Virus record (IMG/VR): IMGVR_UViG_3300024346_000030
Coordinates: 1 to 64,000 of that record
Source: a virus
Lineage: Duplodnaviria; Caudoviricetes
Length of the DNA stretch: 64,000 bases
Reading direction: 5' to 3' (one strand)
In this document: positions 29,001 to 37,095 of the stretch, one piece after another
Layout: every line of letters starts with the position of its first letter
Position numbering within the stretch: position 1 is the stretch's first letter
The notes under the pieces: model-generated
Databases searched by the model: none
Told to the model about the DNA's origin: nothing
The model's input: only the letters and a program-made list of their open reading frames with translations
Program-made: the position numbers and the translations under genes

Positions 29001-30821
29001 TCAACTATAAATAAATCTTCGACACCAGATGAAATTGAAGCTGCCGTCAAGAGGATAAAAACCCTGCTAGCAGAGCCCGACACACTTGGACAAGGACTTG
29101 TTAAGGCTCTGGCTGTAGACGGCACTCAGGCGTCCTTAAACATAAGGAACACACTTATTGATGGTGCTGTTCAATTCAAGGATACTTTAATTGACGGAAT
29201 TTTAGAAGCCACACAAAGAGGGGGCGATCTAAAGGACATACTTTTAGGTGCAGCCACTGAATTCTTAAACAAAATTGCAAGAACGCAATTAGATAATGCT
29301 TTTGGTGGTATTGCCGATGCAATAGGAATTGTTACGGGGAGCATAAAAAAACGTGCTTCTGGTGGAATGATTAATGGAGGTTCTGGCACAAAGGACGATG
29401 TTCCTGCTCTCTTAATGGGTGGAGAATACGTAGTCAGAAAAAGTGCTGTAGAAAAATATGGACCATCTTTCATGGATCAGATCAACGGAGGAAAGATAGA
29501 AAAATTTGCCTCAGGAGGTCTTGTCGGTGGAAACTTTGCAGATATATATGGGAGACCATTTGAAGCCAACACTAGAAATAGATTTGAGTCTTCAAGCGCT
29601 TATGGCAATCCTCTTGAAAGCGGTAAATTGGCTGTACAAACTGGGCAAGGCGGGTTCTTCGGCCCTGGTATACGTGGAGGAGGAGCCATAAAAGGAGCTG
29701 ATGATTTGATTGCTTTTGCTGGTCAAGGTTTTACACAGGGTTTAAGTGATACTAAAAGATTTAGCAGTGCAAGAGGTGGAGGAGCAGCTTCAATAGACCT
29801 AGAGCCTGAAAGCGTAAGGCTAACAAACTTTGGAAGATCTAGAGGGGCACCGTTACAAAGATTGACTCAGGAATCAAAAGGTCAAGCTTTCGACGCTTTC
29901 ACAAAAGAAAATAGTGAAAGAACAAGGCTTAAGCTGGAAGAAAAACAGAGGAAAAAAGAAAGAAAAGATGCGTTTAAAAACGCAATCATCGGCGCTGTTG
30001 TTAGTACTGTATTCGGTGCTATAGCACAGTCGGCTACAGCTGGATTCCAAAACAAGTTTGCAGAAACAAGGGTACAGGGCGGCGGCGCTGGCAATCTTTT
30101 AAAATCTATAGGCTCTGGACTTAAGGGTGTATTCACTGGAGGGGAAATAAAAGGTCTTGATGGGAACTTTGGTGGTCTTGTTAATATATTCAGTGAAAAA
30201 GGAAACCTCACAACTACAAACTTATCATCGTTCTTCGAAAAAAACCCAACTAGTAAAATTGCTGATCAGTATATAGCTAATAACCCTAATAGCCCGTTAG
30301 CTAAAGAGGTTATTAATAACAGATTGCTTTCTACCTCTCTTGGTGAAAATGCATCGTTCTCTAGCAGTGCTCTTAGTAGAGAGGCTAGGAATAATGCTAA
30401 GGAGATAACTATAAGTCGGGCTACTGGAGGTTACGTTCCATCTACCGCTGGTATTGATAACGTTCCTACGATGCTCTCTGGAGGAGAGTTTGTAATGAAC
30501 TCTGCAGCAACACAAAGAATTGGGCAAGGAAATCTTGAAAACCTAAATGCTGGATTCCAGGAAGCACAAACAGAAAATTCAGAAGAACTTTTGGACAAAA
30601 TTCAAGAACTTATAGACATCAATAAAGAGTCTGGTGGAGGGTCTGGAGATATCAGCATTACGGTTAATTCTACGTCATCAGGTGCGTCTAGTGGAGAATC
30701 CGAAGAGTCCTCTGATGGAACAAGTAAAAAAGACCAAGAGCTTGCAAGAAAAATCAAGGATCAGGTTCTTCAGGTTATCAATGAAGAAAAAAGACTTGGA
30801 GGAACACTTAGAAGGATATAA
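23049..30821 (+). CDS. tail tape measure protein, 2590 aa
   Basis: TP901-like N-terminal domain (AEAALELSRQG..AAANKFAVS..IGNSFKTIF), hydrophobic segments, coiled coils, DDVPALLMGGEYVV and DNVPTMLSGGEFVM motifs. Confidence 0.9.
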   Translation: MPESVPLPLRGELENVRQLERQVQSLAKKASKNLKIDFGSGKKNIESLSQPLGRITGKADEFTKSMEAANARVIAFGASVGILSAVTQSFKALVSTTIEVEQKLASINAILNTNVSGLEKLKGQIFDIARNTEQTFDTVAEAALELSRQGLSASEVTKRLNDSLILARLSGVGAAEAVGSLTAAVNGFSASGLTTSEILNKVSAAANKFAVSERDLFEGFKRSASVAQQAGVSLDELGGIITAVQQKTARGGAVIGNSFKTIFTRIGRSENLNLLESVGVQITDLQGNILPATKLIEGLAQQLSSLDDVQVRSITEKIGGGFQIAPLLAALQDYSSENSVAIQATEAFANATDEAYRKNIALNQTLSAAIQSTSLTVKELANTLGELGITDVFGTLLSSVQSLISNITDLLQGDGLGSTFARGFVKGVSGLILPAIGLVLVIIGKLSKDLIKFGIDSLKTFLGLGNAAERLKSVEQKTFQVLLNNEAVRKQILAIENSSITVEQKRLLQSELFTKSLLGQRTLLQELQQISARVAPGIIAGVGAGKSRVGRSAGGFLPVGAEKSDISRGVGGAPSSAKPVVIPNFAFGGGQKGTMVANSSEYIVPNFAGGGSAIFNQDMVKSMGLPSGAKKINAAGGFIPNFAFGNSYSLDRIENRSTPSDFYSKGVLKDSARNFIDKNPKDPRAAAILAKDPKKKAAGQLDLSVNGRRYGIASIGTDLKAGNETPFDIAPKPLSSFASSSSLSSPTAKALIEQGYNTISFRKVQVKSLQENELQNAVEKNRNRLFDYFLQPLASYGKDLLGSSGLFKGNDLNDATKLIDTKNNKKLFSKGAEGGIFESAVDLITKGISGLPSIGDSETSPFDFEETGSASSELKKAFGFSNALKKADAKRTASTTTVGSVVGKALRDGEESSYIKSLAKRRLKSVAKKASTGYIPNFAMSPIDDAIQREKDAGVPVNQIRINQSGKLRSSQNPNGVAVTNTRDEPTGRIPQTAARGFVPNFVGTFMADSARKANKNSNNSNGGNSDNGEAASDASGRLFALSTAAFVLQGAFSSVGEEATGASKTMSELAAGASKAVTTLLLLQGFGVKLGRGQGFIPEKTPSLGLGEDGKIGKIFGVLGKVLPGLGKGFGFFAKLLPRLIPGVGQAVIAFQILSPIIKSLANKFKPLGNALDYFKDKLLEFAGLIPGIDSPQEREAKKRAKESKTDLSKILTNKEFGKNIFAGKNRRADEIRRGVADENTGTDQAGKDQVLVNSIEREISRISPTAETSDTVNGIIATFSEFQRSTLADDPGSLERLINQQLSKLPQDKQGQFGKVTDAISEKKAQLKSEKRPESRTRIKQELIEQEKIRESLVDLLLKEAKVAEETEQIEIRKISTLKAIDDLRRSAFLSASKALIGTTSELEFQLKLQNSLKQTSDLTKSSSERQLRSIDQEKKKRIELLDVFDASVTQNKELQVSALPGGKLIKDSDIKRRDDALASARFQVQETGTFDENQLRSELENSGLVKGNLEDIIKLAKESFKIRSAEINAQNAEINIQKENLKLIKLAVQEEKNRETITQRILDLKGEELSRQRTSAEIQRDLDISNIKLKGGSIQSEGQAFAQEKAINNVNKNFTRNDFERQRGLAQETLLKDVINTLKDQGVNVDRATQGSLRESLQGEGGSLGSFKQAADKLVTDLNTERKQEKTDAIQAKIEAKESLLQNIRLNQNISNKNRDAADIQLQAAKLNLQASDPAAAANENSFGSLTLSELREKLSKIQSDTLSKRDELGRLSGEFGPGKETDEQIKLIKANNELESTIQAFIKIRASNATVVFDKTLEKSVKAGLTGLKEDLAAAKKETGSGATGIDSFTSSLKDYEAKRAGLEKLERIALNDFELAIRDASGGLTIFGNLLLKEIANSEPRRQQALFQAKTSTDPSQILSGLIGARRESVLQSSGSVAEANESQLLLEKKLTLIEATSTAQRIQAEEEYNINLQILKIRSTINKSSTPDEIEAAVKRIKTLLAEPDTLGQGLVKALAVDGTQASLNIRNTLIDGAVQFKDTLIDGILEATQRGGDLKDILLGAATEFLNKIARTQLDNAFGGIADAIGIVTGSIKKRASGGMINGGSGTKDDVPALLMGGEYVVRKSAVEKYGPSFMDQINGGKIEKFASGGLVGGNFADIYGRPFEANTRNRFESSSAYGNPLESGKLAVQTGQGGFFGPGIRGGGAIKGADDLIAFAGQGFTQGLSDTKRFSSARGGGAASIDLEPESVRLTNFGRSRGAPLQRLTQESKGQAFDAFTKENSERTRLKLEEKQRKKERKDAFKNAIIGAVVSTVFGAIAQSATAGFQNKFAETRVQGGGAGNLLKSIGSGLKGVFTGGEIKGLDGNFGGLVNIFSEKGNLTTTNLSSFFEKNPTSKIADQYIANNPNSPLAKEVINNRLLSTSLGENASFSSSALSREARNNAKEITISRATGGYVPSTAGIDNVPTMLSGGEFVMNSAATQRIGQGNLENLNAGFQEAQTENSEELLDKIQELIDINKESGGGSGDISITVNSTSSGASSGESEESSDGTSKKDQELARKIKDQVLQVINEEKRLGGTLRRI

Positions 30822-31615
30822 TGTTTGATTTAAAATTAAATGACGAAGTTAGATTCTTCTTGGGCGGCTATGAGTTGTCTGGGGTAGAATCTCTTTCTGT
30901 TGTAAACTCAAGCACAGCTTCAAATATATTTCCACTTGGAACTAGAAGAGGCTTAACCTCTGTGGATTCAAAGCAGTCTCAGTCCGTTAGTTTTTCTAGG
31001 TATCTTACTTATGAAGACCCTGTTTTAGATTATACTGGTGTATTACCTATTTCTGGTGATGTGTATTACGAAAATTCTCACTACGGTTTTGCCTCTTCCT
31101 ATTTGTCTAGTTATGCGGTTAATTGTGCCGTAGGTGCTGCACCTAGAGTTTCTGTAACATTAGATGTGCTTGATGAGATGTCAATAGACCTAGACACAAG
31201 CAATAATCTTTTACCGCTGCAACACCCTCCGATAGATATCCCCTCTCAGGGGTCTATTGTTGCTACTTGCGAGCAGTCTGCGACAAACAGAATAACAAGC
31301 TTTAATTACTCTTTAAAACCAAGAAGAAAATATTATTATACAATAGGTTCTAATGTTCCTTCTGCAGTAGAAAGATTTTCACCTATGGAATATTTAGCTG
31401 ATATAACAATAGATGTGGATGACGCTTTTCTACAGGACGGGTTTTCCTTTTTGGAAGAAAGAGAAAACAAAAATGTATCACTATCTATAAACGGTAGAAA
31501 CGGGTTGCCAATACAAACTTTAACGGTTCCTAACGCAAGTTTAATTTCCGAGAACTTGTCGGTATCTTCCGAAGGAGGGGCAACATTAACACTAAACTAT
31601 AAGGGTCATATTTAA
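30821..31615 (+). CDS. tail tip/tube-like protein
   Basis: Coupled to the tape measure; two-fold tube-like pattern (SYAVNCAVG..VSV; FNYSLKPRRK.YYTIG). Confidence 0.5.
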   Translation: MFDLKLNDEVRFFLGGYELSGVESLSVVNSSTASNIFPLGTRRGLTSVDSKQSQSVSFSRYLTYEDPVLDYTGVLPISGDVYYENSHYGFASSYLSSYAVNCAVGAAPRVSVTLDVLDEMSIDLDTSNNLLPLQHPPIDIPSQGSIVATCEQSATNRITSFNYSLKPRRKYYYTIGSNVPSAVERFSPMEYLADITIDVDDAFLQDGFSFLEERENKNVSLSINGRNGLPIQTLTVPNASLISENLSVSSEGGATLTLNYKGHI

Positions 31616-32556
31616 TGTCTGAAGAATATTTTTATAATAGAGTAGCCAACTTTTCTGGTGTTTCTACAGTAGACCTTACAGGCAAAAAACCTGACTACGG
31701 TTCAACTGTTAATTTTACTGCCACAAATTTAAAATTAGATGTCCATGATAATCATTTATATGTTATACCGCTTGGTATTAATAGTTTAAAGGCTTCATTT
31801 AATCTTTTATATAAAACAAGTGAATCTGGTGCTAGGGAATTAGCAAACACGTTTGAGCAATCAAGTGGAACAAATACTATATCCTTTTCTGTAGATGGAG
31901 ACATTTACAAAAACAACTTTGGTTACTGCGACGCATATGCAATAAATCACAAAAGCTTAGACGATATAGAAGTTGCAGCTTCAATACAGGTTTCTGACGC
32001 GCCGAACATACTGAACTGGAGTGGTACAAGTTTTCTTAATTACGAATTAGAAAAGTGGTCTGGTTCTAAAAGTTATGAAACATTTGATATAGTTTATACT
32101 GGAGTAAACCAAAACAAGCTTAATAATTTTTATTACTGCACTGGCGACCATGTTTCTTCTCCAGAAAATTCTCCAACTGGAGTCAATTCTGCTTGGGGGA
32201 GCGATACTGATTTTTTCTGGTGTCCAGACGCTGGACTGCAGAACGAGGTTACATTTGATACCGTAAAGTTTGGAGAAAGGTATATAAAAAGACAAACGGT
32301 CAAAAAGAACACAGCACTAGTACCTATATCTTATAATTTTACAGATTTGCCTACCAAGCAGGCTTTTTCATTATTACATTTTTTAGAAAATAAAGCTGGT
32401 TATAGGAGGTTTAGGCATTTAATACCATCTGTATATAACAGGCCTAAAGTTTATATATGTCAAGACTGGACCCATGAGTTCAAGTCGTTTAATGCTCATA
32501 ATATACAAGTTTCTTTCATAGAAGATCCCTTAGGTATAATTTACGAAGACAGTTAA
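31615..32556 (+). CDS. distal tail protein, lambda gpM-like
   Basis: VKFGERYIKR..AFSLLHFLENKAGYRRF..P..VYICQDW..VSFIEDP. Confidence 0.65.
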   Translation: MSEEYFYNRVANFSGVSTVDLTGKKPDYGSTVNFTATNLKLDVHDNHLYVIPLGINSLKASFNLLYKTSESGARELANTFEQSSGTNTISFSVDGDIYKNNFGYCDAYAINHKSLDDIEVAASIQVSDAPNILNWSGTSFLNYELEKWSGSKSYETFDIVYTGVNQNKLNNFYYCTGDHVSSPENSPTGVNSAWGSDTDFFWCPDAGLQNEVTFDTVKFGERYIKRQTVKKNTALVPISYNFTDLPTKQAFSLLHFLENKAGYRRFRHLIPSVYNRPKVYICQDWTHEFKSFNAHNIQVSFIEDPLGIIYEDS

Positions 32557-32557
32557 A

Positions 32558-33658
32558 ATGGATAGGGTTAATTTAAAAAGTAACAATACTGCAGTTTTGG
32601 CTGGTACATCTCCAGCTTTTAAGACTGTTGATGAAACGGCAATTCTATTTGGTGGAGTACAATCTAGTTCTTTTTCTATACCTGGAAACAGAGAAGTAAA
32701 AAAACAAGTTGGATCTTGTTATTATGCTGTTGATGATCTACCAAGACATCCAGATATAGATTTATCTATTAATTATCTTTATTCTCCAAGCATGGAAAAT
32801 GAAAAGATTTTAGGTTTGAACGCAGATTACACTAGCATAGATTTATTACCGTCAAGTCTCGATGGGTCTTTTGTTTCTGGAGTTGAGTTGTTTTCTAATA
32901 ACTTTTATTTTTACAATCATCCAGACCAGGGTTCAGACGCTATAGAATATTTAACATCCAGTGAAATAACAAATCCTAACAGCGGAGAAATAATATCATT
33001 TGGTAATTGTTTTTTGACTGATTATGGTATTTCTTTTGAAGTTGGTAATTTACCCACTGTTTCTACTAGCTATAAATGTTCGAATATGAAGGCTGAACTT
33101 TATACTGGTAATATAGAAATGCCATCTATAAACTTATCTTCTGGAAACAATATAGGCGTAGGCGATTTAGATTTTACTGGTTTATTAACCAAGAGGGAAA
33201 ATTACTTGGGTTTAGGAATAGATGTAGACTTGGCTAACCCTAAAACAGTAGAACCAGGGGATTTACAGTTATTTTTAGAAGATCTTCAGGTAGGAGGACA
33301 AAGTTTATTACAGTCAAAGCAGATTTTACAAAACTTTAATTTTAGTTTCAGTTTAGATAGGGTTGATCTTTATGGATTAGGATCTGATTATGTCTTCAAT
33401 AGAAAAGTCCAGTATCCAGTCAGGGGCAGTGTTACTATAAACTCTGTTGTAGCCAATTATGAAACTGGGTTTATTTCAGGAATGCTTAAGGATGAATCAA
33501 GTTACGATTTTACTATAAAAGCTTTAGACTGTGAACAAATTGTGGAGTGTGAATTTAATTTTGATGATTTGAAGCTTGAGACATTTAACTATTCCTTAGA
33601 TGTGAATAATGATATGCAATACTCTGCTTCTTTTTCTTTTGCAATGTATAATAAATAA
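32558..33658 (+). CDS. tail tube paralog C
   Basis: GNCFLTDYGISFEVGNLPTVSTSYKCSN, PGDLQL, RVDLYGLGS..YPV align by eye to paralogs A and B. Confidence 0.6.
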   Translation: MDRVNLKSNNTAVLAGTSPAFKTVDETAILFGGVQSSSFSIPGNREVKKQVGSCYYAVDDLPRHPDIDLSINYLYSPSMENEKILGLNADYTSIDLLPSSLDGSFVSGVELFSNNFYFYNHPDQGSDAIEYLTSSEITNPNSGEIISFGNCFLTDYGISFEVGNLPTVSTSYKCSNMKAELYTGNIEMPSINLSSGNNIGVGDLDFTGLLTKRENYLGLGIDVDLANPKTVEPGDLQLFLEDLQVGGQSLLQSKQILQNFNFSFSLDRVDLYGLGSDYVFNRKVQYPVRGSVTINSVVANYETGFISGMLKDESSYDFTIKALDCEQIVECEFNFDDLKLETFNYSLDVNNDMQYSASFSFAMYNK

Positions 33659-33659
33659 C

Positions 33660-36077
33660 ATGAGAGTTAGAGTTACATATAATATAGAAGGTGGTGTTCC
33701 AGAGAATCAACCTCCCATAATAACAGACATTCCTGCACAGACCAACAATGAAGAAGATGTAATTTCTTTACAGGTGAACGCCACAGATCCAGACGGTAAT
33801 AATCTTTCTTATTCGGCCACGGGTTTACCAGCTGGTCTCTCTATAAATCCATCTACAGGTTTAATATCAGGAACAATAACTATTGGCGCTGAAACTTCAA
33901 GTCCGTATACTGTTACGGTAACTGTCCAAGATGATGGATCTCCAGTTAAAAGCACTGACGAAATATTTAGTTGGGGTGTTTCTGCGGTCGCCGTTAATCA
34001 ACCTCCAGTTATAACGCCTATATCAAACCAATCAAACACAGAAGAAGATGTAGTTTCACTACAGGTTAATGCAACAGACCCAGAAAATGGAGTATTGACT
34101 TATTCTGTATCAAGTTTGCCGACAGGACTATCTATAAATTCATCGACAGGATTGATATCTGGAACTATAAGCGTAGGAGCTGAAGCTTCAAGTCCATACA
34201 TTACTACCATAACAGTTACAGATGATGGATCTCCAATAGAGAGTTCTCAAATATTAGTCACATGGACTGTTTCTACCGTTAACCAAGCACCAGTCATAAC
34301 AACTATACCTACTCAAAACGATGATGAGGGTGATGTAATTTCATTACAGGTAAGTGCTACAGACCCAGAAGGAAATAATTTATCTTATTCTGCTACAGGA
34401 TTACCAGCTGGATTGTCAATAAACTCGTCAACAGGACTTATATCTGGAACTGTAAGCGTTGGATCTCAATCATCAAGCCCTTATACAGTTACGGTAACCG
34501 TAACCGATGATGGTTCTCCCATTGAAAGCTCTAATGAAGTATTTACTTGGAATGTGTCTGTTCCTGTTACGGGTGGTCCAGTAGATACATCTCTTTATGA
34601 CTCTTCAGGAAACCAAATAGCAGGAAGTGTAGTTAATGGAGACATACCAAACGACTATTATTCATTAGGAGCAAATGGAGCGTCTACAGGTGTACGTGTT
34701 GAGTTTGGTACATCTTGTAATAGTATTGGAGACTATGCTTTCGGAGGTGGTAATTATACTCTTGACGGTCCCATAATTATAGGAGATGGAGTTGCAAATA
34801 GTATCACTAACATTGGAAGTAATGCGTTTTATTATTGTACTGCGTTATTTGGACCAGTTGTAATAGGAAATACTGTTACGAGTATTGGGGACTATGTGTT
34901 TGCGTTCAATTGTCCTCTTGACGAACTTTATTTGGATGTGCCATCTACCGCGTTTACTTCAATTGGTGCATTTGACAACCAATTTGGTGTTGGTATATTC
35001 GATAAAGTTATTTATGTTTCCCCAACATACTTTGGGGTTGGAAGTAATTACGACACTGCATGGAGATCCGCACAATCGTTAAGCTCAGGATCCACTATTG
35101 TTAACTGGGATAACTATCCTAACCCAATACCAAATAATCCAATAAACCAAGCTCCGATACTAAGCCCTATAGGAAATCAAACTAATGAAGAATCAGATGT
35201 TGTTTCCCTTCAGGTGAGTGCTACAGATCCAGAAAACGACAACTTAACCTATTCCTCGACTGGTTTGCCAACAGGTTTAAGTATAAATAGCACAACTGGA
35301 TTAATTTCAGGAACAATAAGTGTTGGCGCAGAAGCATCCAGCCCATATACCACAACGGTTACTGTCACAGACGATGGTTCACCGATTGAAAGCACTAACG
35401 AGGTATTTACATGGAATGTATCAGCTGTGGTTGCCTTAACAGACACCATTATTTATGATGCTGGAGATAACTTCTTAGATTCTATTCCTGGACCTATACC
35501 CGCAAACTGGGACAGGTTTTCACCTTTTCCAGCTACCCGTTTAGAGATCGGAACATCCTGCACAAGTATCGGGAGTTATGCTTTTTATCAAAGAACTGGC
35601 TATCTTAGTTCATTAGATATCCCAAGTAGTGTCGTAACTATTGGGAATTATGCTTTTGGTTCTACCAACTTTACTAGTCCTTTGGTGCTTCCAGACAGTG
35701 TCACAAGTATTGGCATTTATGCTTTTGGTAATTGTTTTGGTATCCCAAATACCGTATTGGAGCTCCCAGATAATGCTGTGACAGTATCTAGCTCTGCTTT
35801 TGCTTATTTGCAAATAACTGACGTTGTCGCTGTCAATACTGCAACAAACCTAGCTGGCGCCTCGTTCTTTGGTTCTACTGTTGCAACTGCATATTTAGCT
35901 CCATCTTTTTCAAGCGTTAATTCTCTGCCATTTACTTATTGCGGCAACTTCTCAACGGTGTATGCCAAAGACGCAGTAGCTAACGGTTGGACATTAGGGG
36001 CGGGACAAAACATACTAGGAGCATCAAATGTTACTGTGTTTAACTGGGATAACTATCCTGTCGCAACACCAAATTAA
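33660..36077 (+). CDS. adhesin/tail fibre: four He_PIG-like Ig repeats and two BspA-type LRR modules (start reassigned to 33660)
   Basis: NQ.P.I..I..Q.N.E..V.SLQV.ATDP..GLP.GLSIN..TGLISGT four times; IGTSCTSIGSYAF / IGNTVTSIGDY repeats. Confidence 0.8.
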   Translation: MRVRVTYNIEGGVPENQPPIITDIPAQTNNEEDVISLQVNATDPDGNNLSYSATGLPAGLSINPSTGLISGTITIGAETSSPYTVTVTVQDDGSPVKSTDEIFSWGVSAVAVNQPPVITPISNQSNTEEDVVSLQVNATDPENGVLTYSVSSLPTGLSINSSTGLISGTISVGAEASSPYITTITVTDDGSPIESSQILVTWTVSTVNQAPVITTIPTQNDDEGDVISLQVSATDPEGNNLSYSATGLPAGLSINSSTGLISGTVSVGSQSSSPYTVTVTVTDDGSPIESSNEVFTWNVSVPVTGGPVDTSLYDSSGNQIAGSVVNGDIPNDYYSLGANGASTGVRVEFGTSCNSIGDYAFGGGNYTLDGPIIIGDGVANSITNIGSNAFYYCTALFGPVVIGNTVTSIGDYVFAFNCPLDELYLDVPSTAFTSIGAFDNQFGVGIFDKVIYVSPTYFGVGSNYDTAWRSAQSLSSGSTIVNWDNYPNPIPNNPINQAPILSPIGNQTNEESDVVSLQVSATDPENDNLTYSSTGLPTGLSINSTTGLISGTISVGAEASSPYTTTVTVTDDGSPIESTNEVFTWNVSAVVALTDTIIYDAGDNFLDSIPGPIPANWDRFSPFPATRLEIGTSCTSIGSYAFYQRTGYLSSLDIPSSVVTIGNYAFGSTNFTSPLVLPDSVTSIGIYAFGNCFGIPNTVLELPDNAVTVSSSAFAYLQITDVVAVNTATNLAGASFFGSTVATAYLAPSFSSVNSLPFTYCGNFSTVYAKDAVANGWTLGAGQNILGASNVTVFNWDNYPVATPN

Positions 36078-36236
36078 ATGAAACAAAAACCTAAAATAAC
36101 AAAGAATTTGGAATCTGGACTTTATAATGCCAGTATAACTTATGATGGTAAGTTTTATTCTGCAGAAGGCAAAACCAGCACAGAGGCTTTAAAAAAACTA
36201 CTAAAACAACATGAAAAAAGTTTTGGCTTTGGATGA
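36078..36236 (+). CDS. 52-aa hypothetical protein
   Basis: Absent from the ORF track; ATG follows the adhesin stop directly. MKQKPKITKNLESGLYNASITYDGKFYSAEGKTSTEALKKLLKQHEKSFGFG. Confidence 0.45.
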   Translation: MKQKPKITKNLESGLYNASITYDGKFYSAEGKTSTEALKKLLKQHEKSFGFG

Positions 36237-36262
36237 TGTGGTAGGTAAAAGCCAGTTTGGTT

Positions 36263-36655
36263 TTAATCGCTGTAATCAACCTTAACGTTTTTGCTTTCGT
36301 AGCCTTTCGATTTAATTTCGTCGAGGTGTTTAGCTCCGCTTCTTGCTTTTGAGTAATCAGCAAAATGCTTTTCTTTGACTGGGTCTATTCCACCATTTGA
36401 CTCTGATCTTCTTTCGCTCATTTCTTTGCTATAATTCATCATTTCTCCAAAAGTTCCTTTTTTGCCTCCAGTTTTATCAACAAACTCTTTAGAGCTGTGA
36501 GGGTCAATATGGGTATCTATAGATGCATTGGGTATTGTGAATATCCTCTTCCATTCGAGGCCGTCTGAGTCGAAGTGGATGTGCTCATCATTCATGCCCT
36601 GAACAACTTCTGTATATTTTTCTTCTTCTGGGTGCTTGTAGATATATATTGGCAT
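36263..36655 (-). CDS. FmdB-like protein lacking the zinc-binding Cys residues
   Basis: MPIYIYKH..VVQGMN..WKRIFTIP matches the FmdB N-terminal pattern; TATAAT 5 nt upstream. Confidence 0.6.
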   Translation of the reverse strand: MPIYIYKHPEEEKYTEVVQGMNDEHIHFDSDGLEWKRIFTIPNASIDTHIDPHSSKEFVDKTGGKKGTFGEMMNYSKEMSERRSESNGGIDPVKEKHFADYSKARSGAKHLDEIKSKGYESKNVKVDYSD

Positions 36656-36668
36656 ATTATATTATACG

Positions 36669-36708
36669 ACAACAGGGGCAGTATTTCTACTAACCCCTGT
36701 TGTTTTTT
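36669..36708 (+). terminator. hairpin terminator with the U tract on the plus strand
   Basis: ACAACAGGGG / CCCCTGTTGT arms followed by a T tract; would stop plus-strand read-through from the tail operon. Confidence 0.6.
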
Positions 36709-36726
36709 GTTTGTGTTTATTTAAGT

Positions 36727-37056
36727 TTAATTAATTTCAATTTCAAACACCTCTTTAGACTCAAGCTCCTTCTTTGGCATTGTTACCGTGAGTAAGCCAT
36801 TTGACATCTTGGATTGGATCTTTGATGTCGAGACAAGCTCGTTTAACTTTACAGAGAAAGTTTTGACGTTGTCGCCTTTCTTAGCCTCTATTTTAAGAAG
36901 TTCGTTTGTTGCAGTAATTTTTACATCCTTCTTTGAAAAGCCAGCTAATTCAAACTCCGTCGTGTAGACATCGTTACTACTTTTAATAAATTGAATTTGC
37001 TGTTTATCTTGTTCAAATACAGGATCCCTAAATAATTCGTCGAATAATGTTCTCAT
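36727..37056 (-). CDS. small heat-shock protein (Hsp20) (start reassigned to 37056)
   Basis: FELAGFSKKDVKIT..LLKIEA..KIQSKMSNGLLTVTMPK alpha-crystallin motif. Confidence 0.85.
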   Translation of the reverse strand: MRTLFDELFRDPVFEQDKQQIQFIKSSNDVYTTEFELAGFSKKDVKITATNELLKIEAKKGDNVKTFSVKLNELVSTSKIQSKMSNGLLTVTMPKKELESKEVFEIEIN

Positions 37057-37068
37057 ATATTTTATATA

Positions 37069-37086
37069 TTGCAGGTTGCATGCCAA
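37069..37086 (-). promoter_or_regulatory. sigma54 (-24/-12)-type promoter of hsp20
   Basis: TTGGCATGCAACCTGCAA with exact GG-N10-GC spacing; the predicted TSS falls a few nt before ATG 37056. Confidence 0.6.
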
Positions 37087-37095
37087 TTGAAAAAC

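Noticed and set aside
16790-30527. Many antisense ORFs in the track (e.g. 16790-17272, 23195-23710, 24485-25021, 25433-25831)
   Set aside because: They are shadows of long, codon-biased sense genes, with no recognisable motifs or start signals
33660-36077. Diversity-generating retroelement target or template
   Set aside because: No reverse transcriptase in the window, and differences between repeats are not adenine-specific
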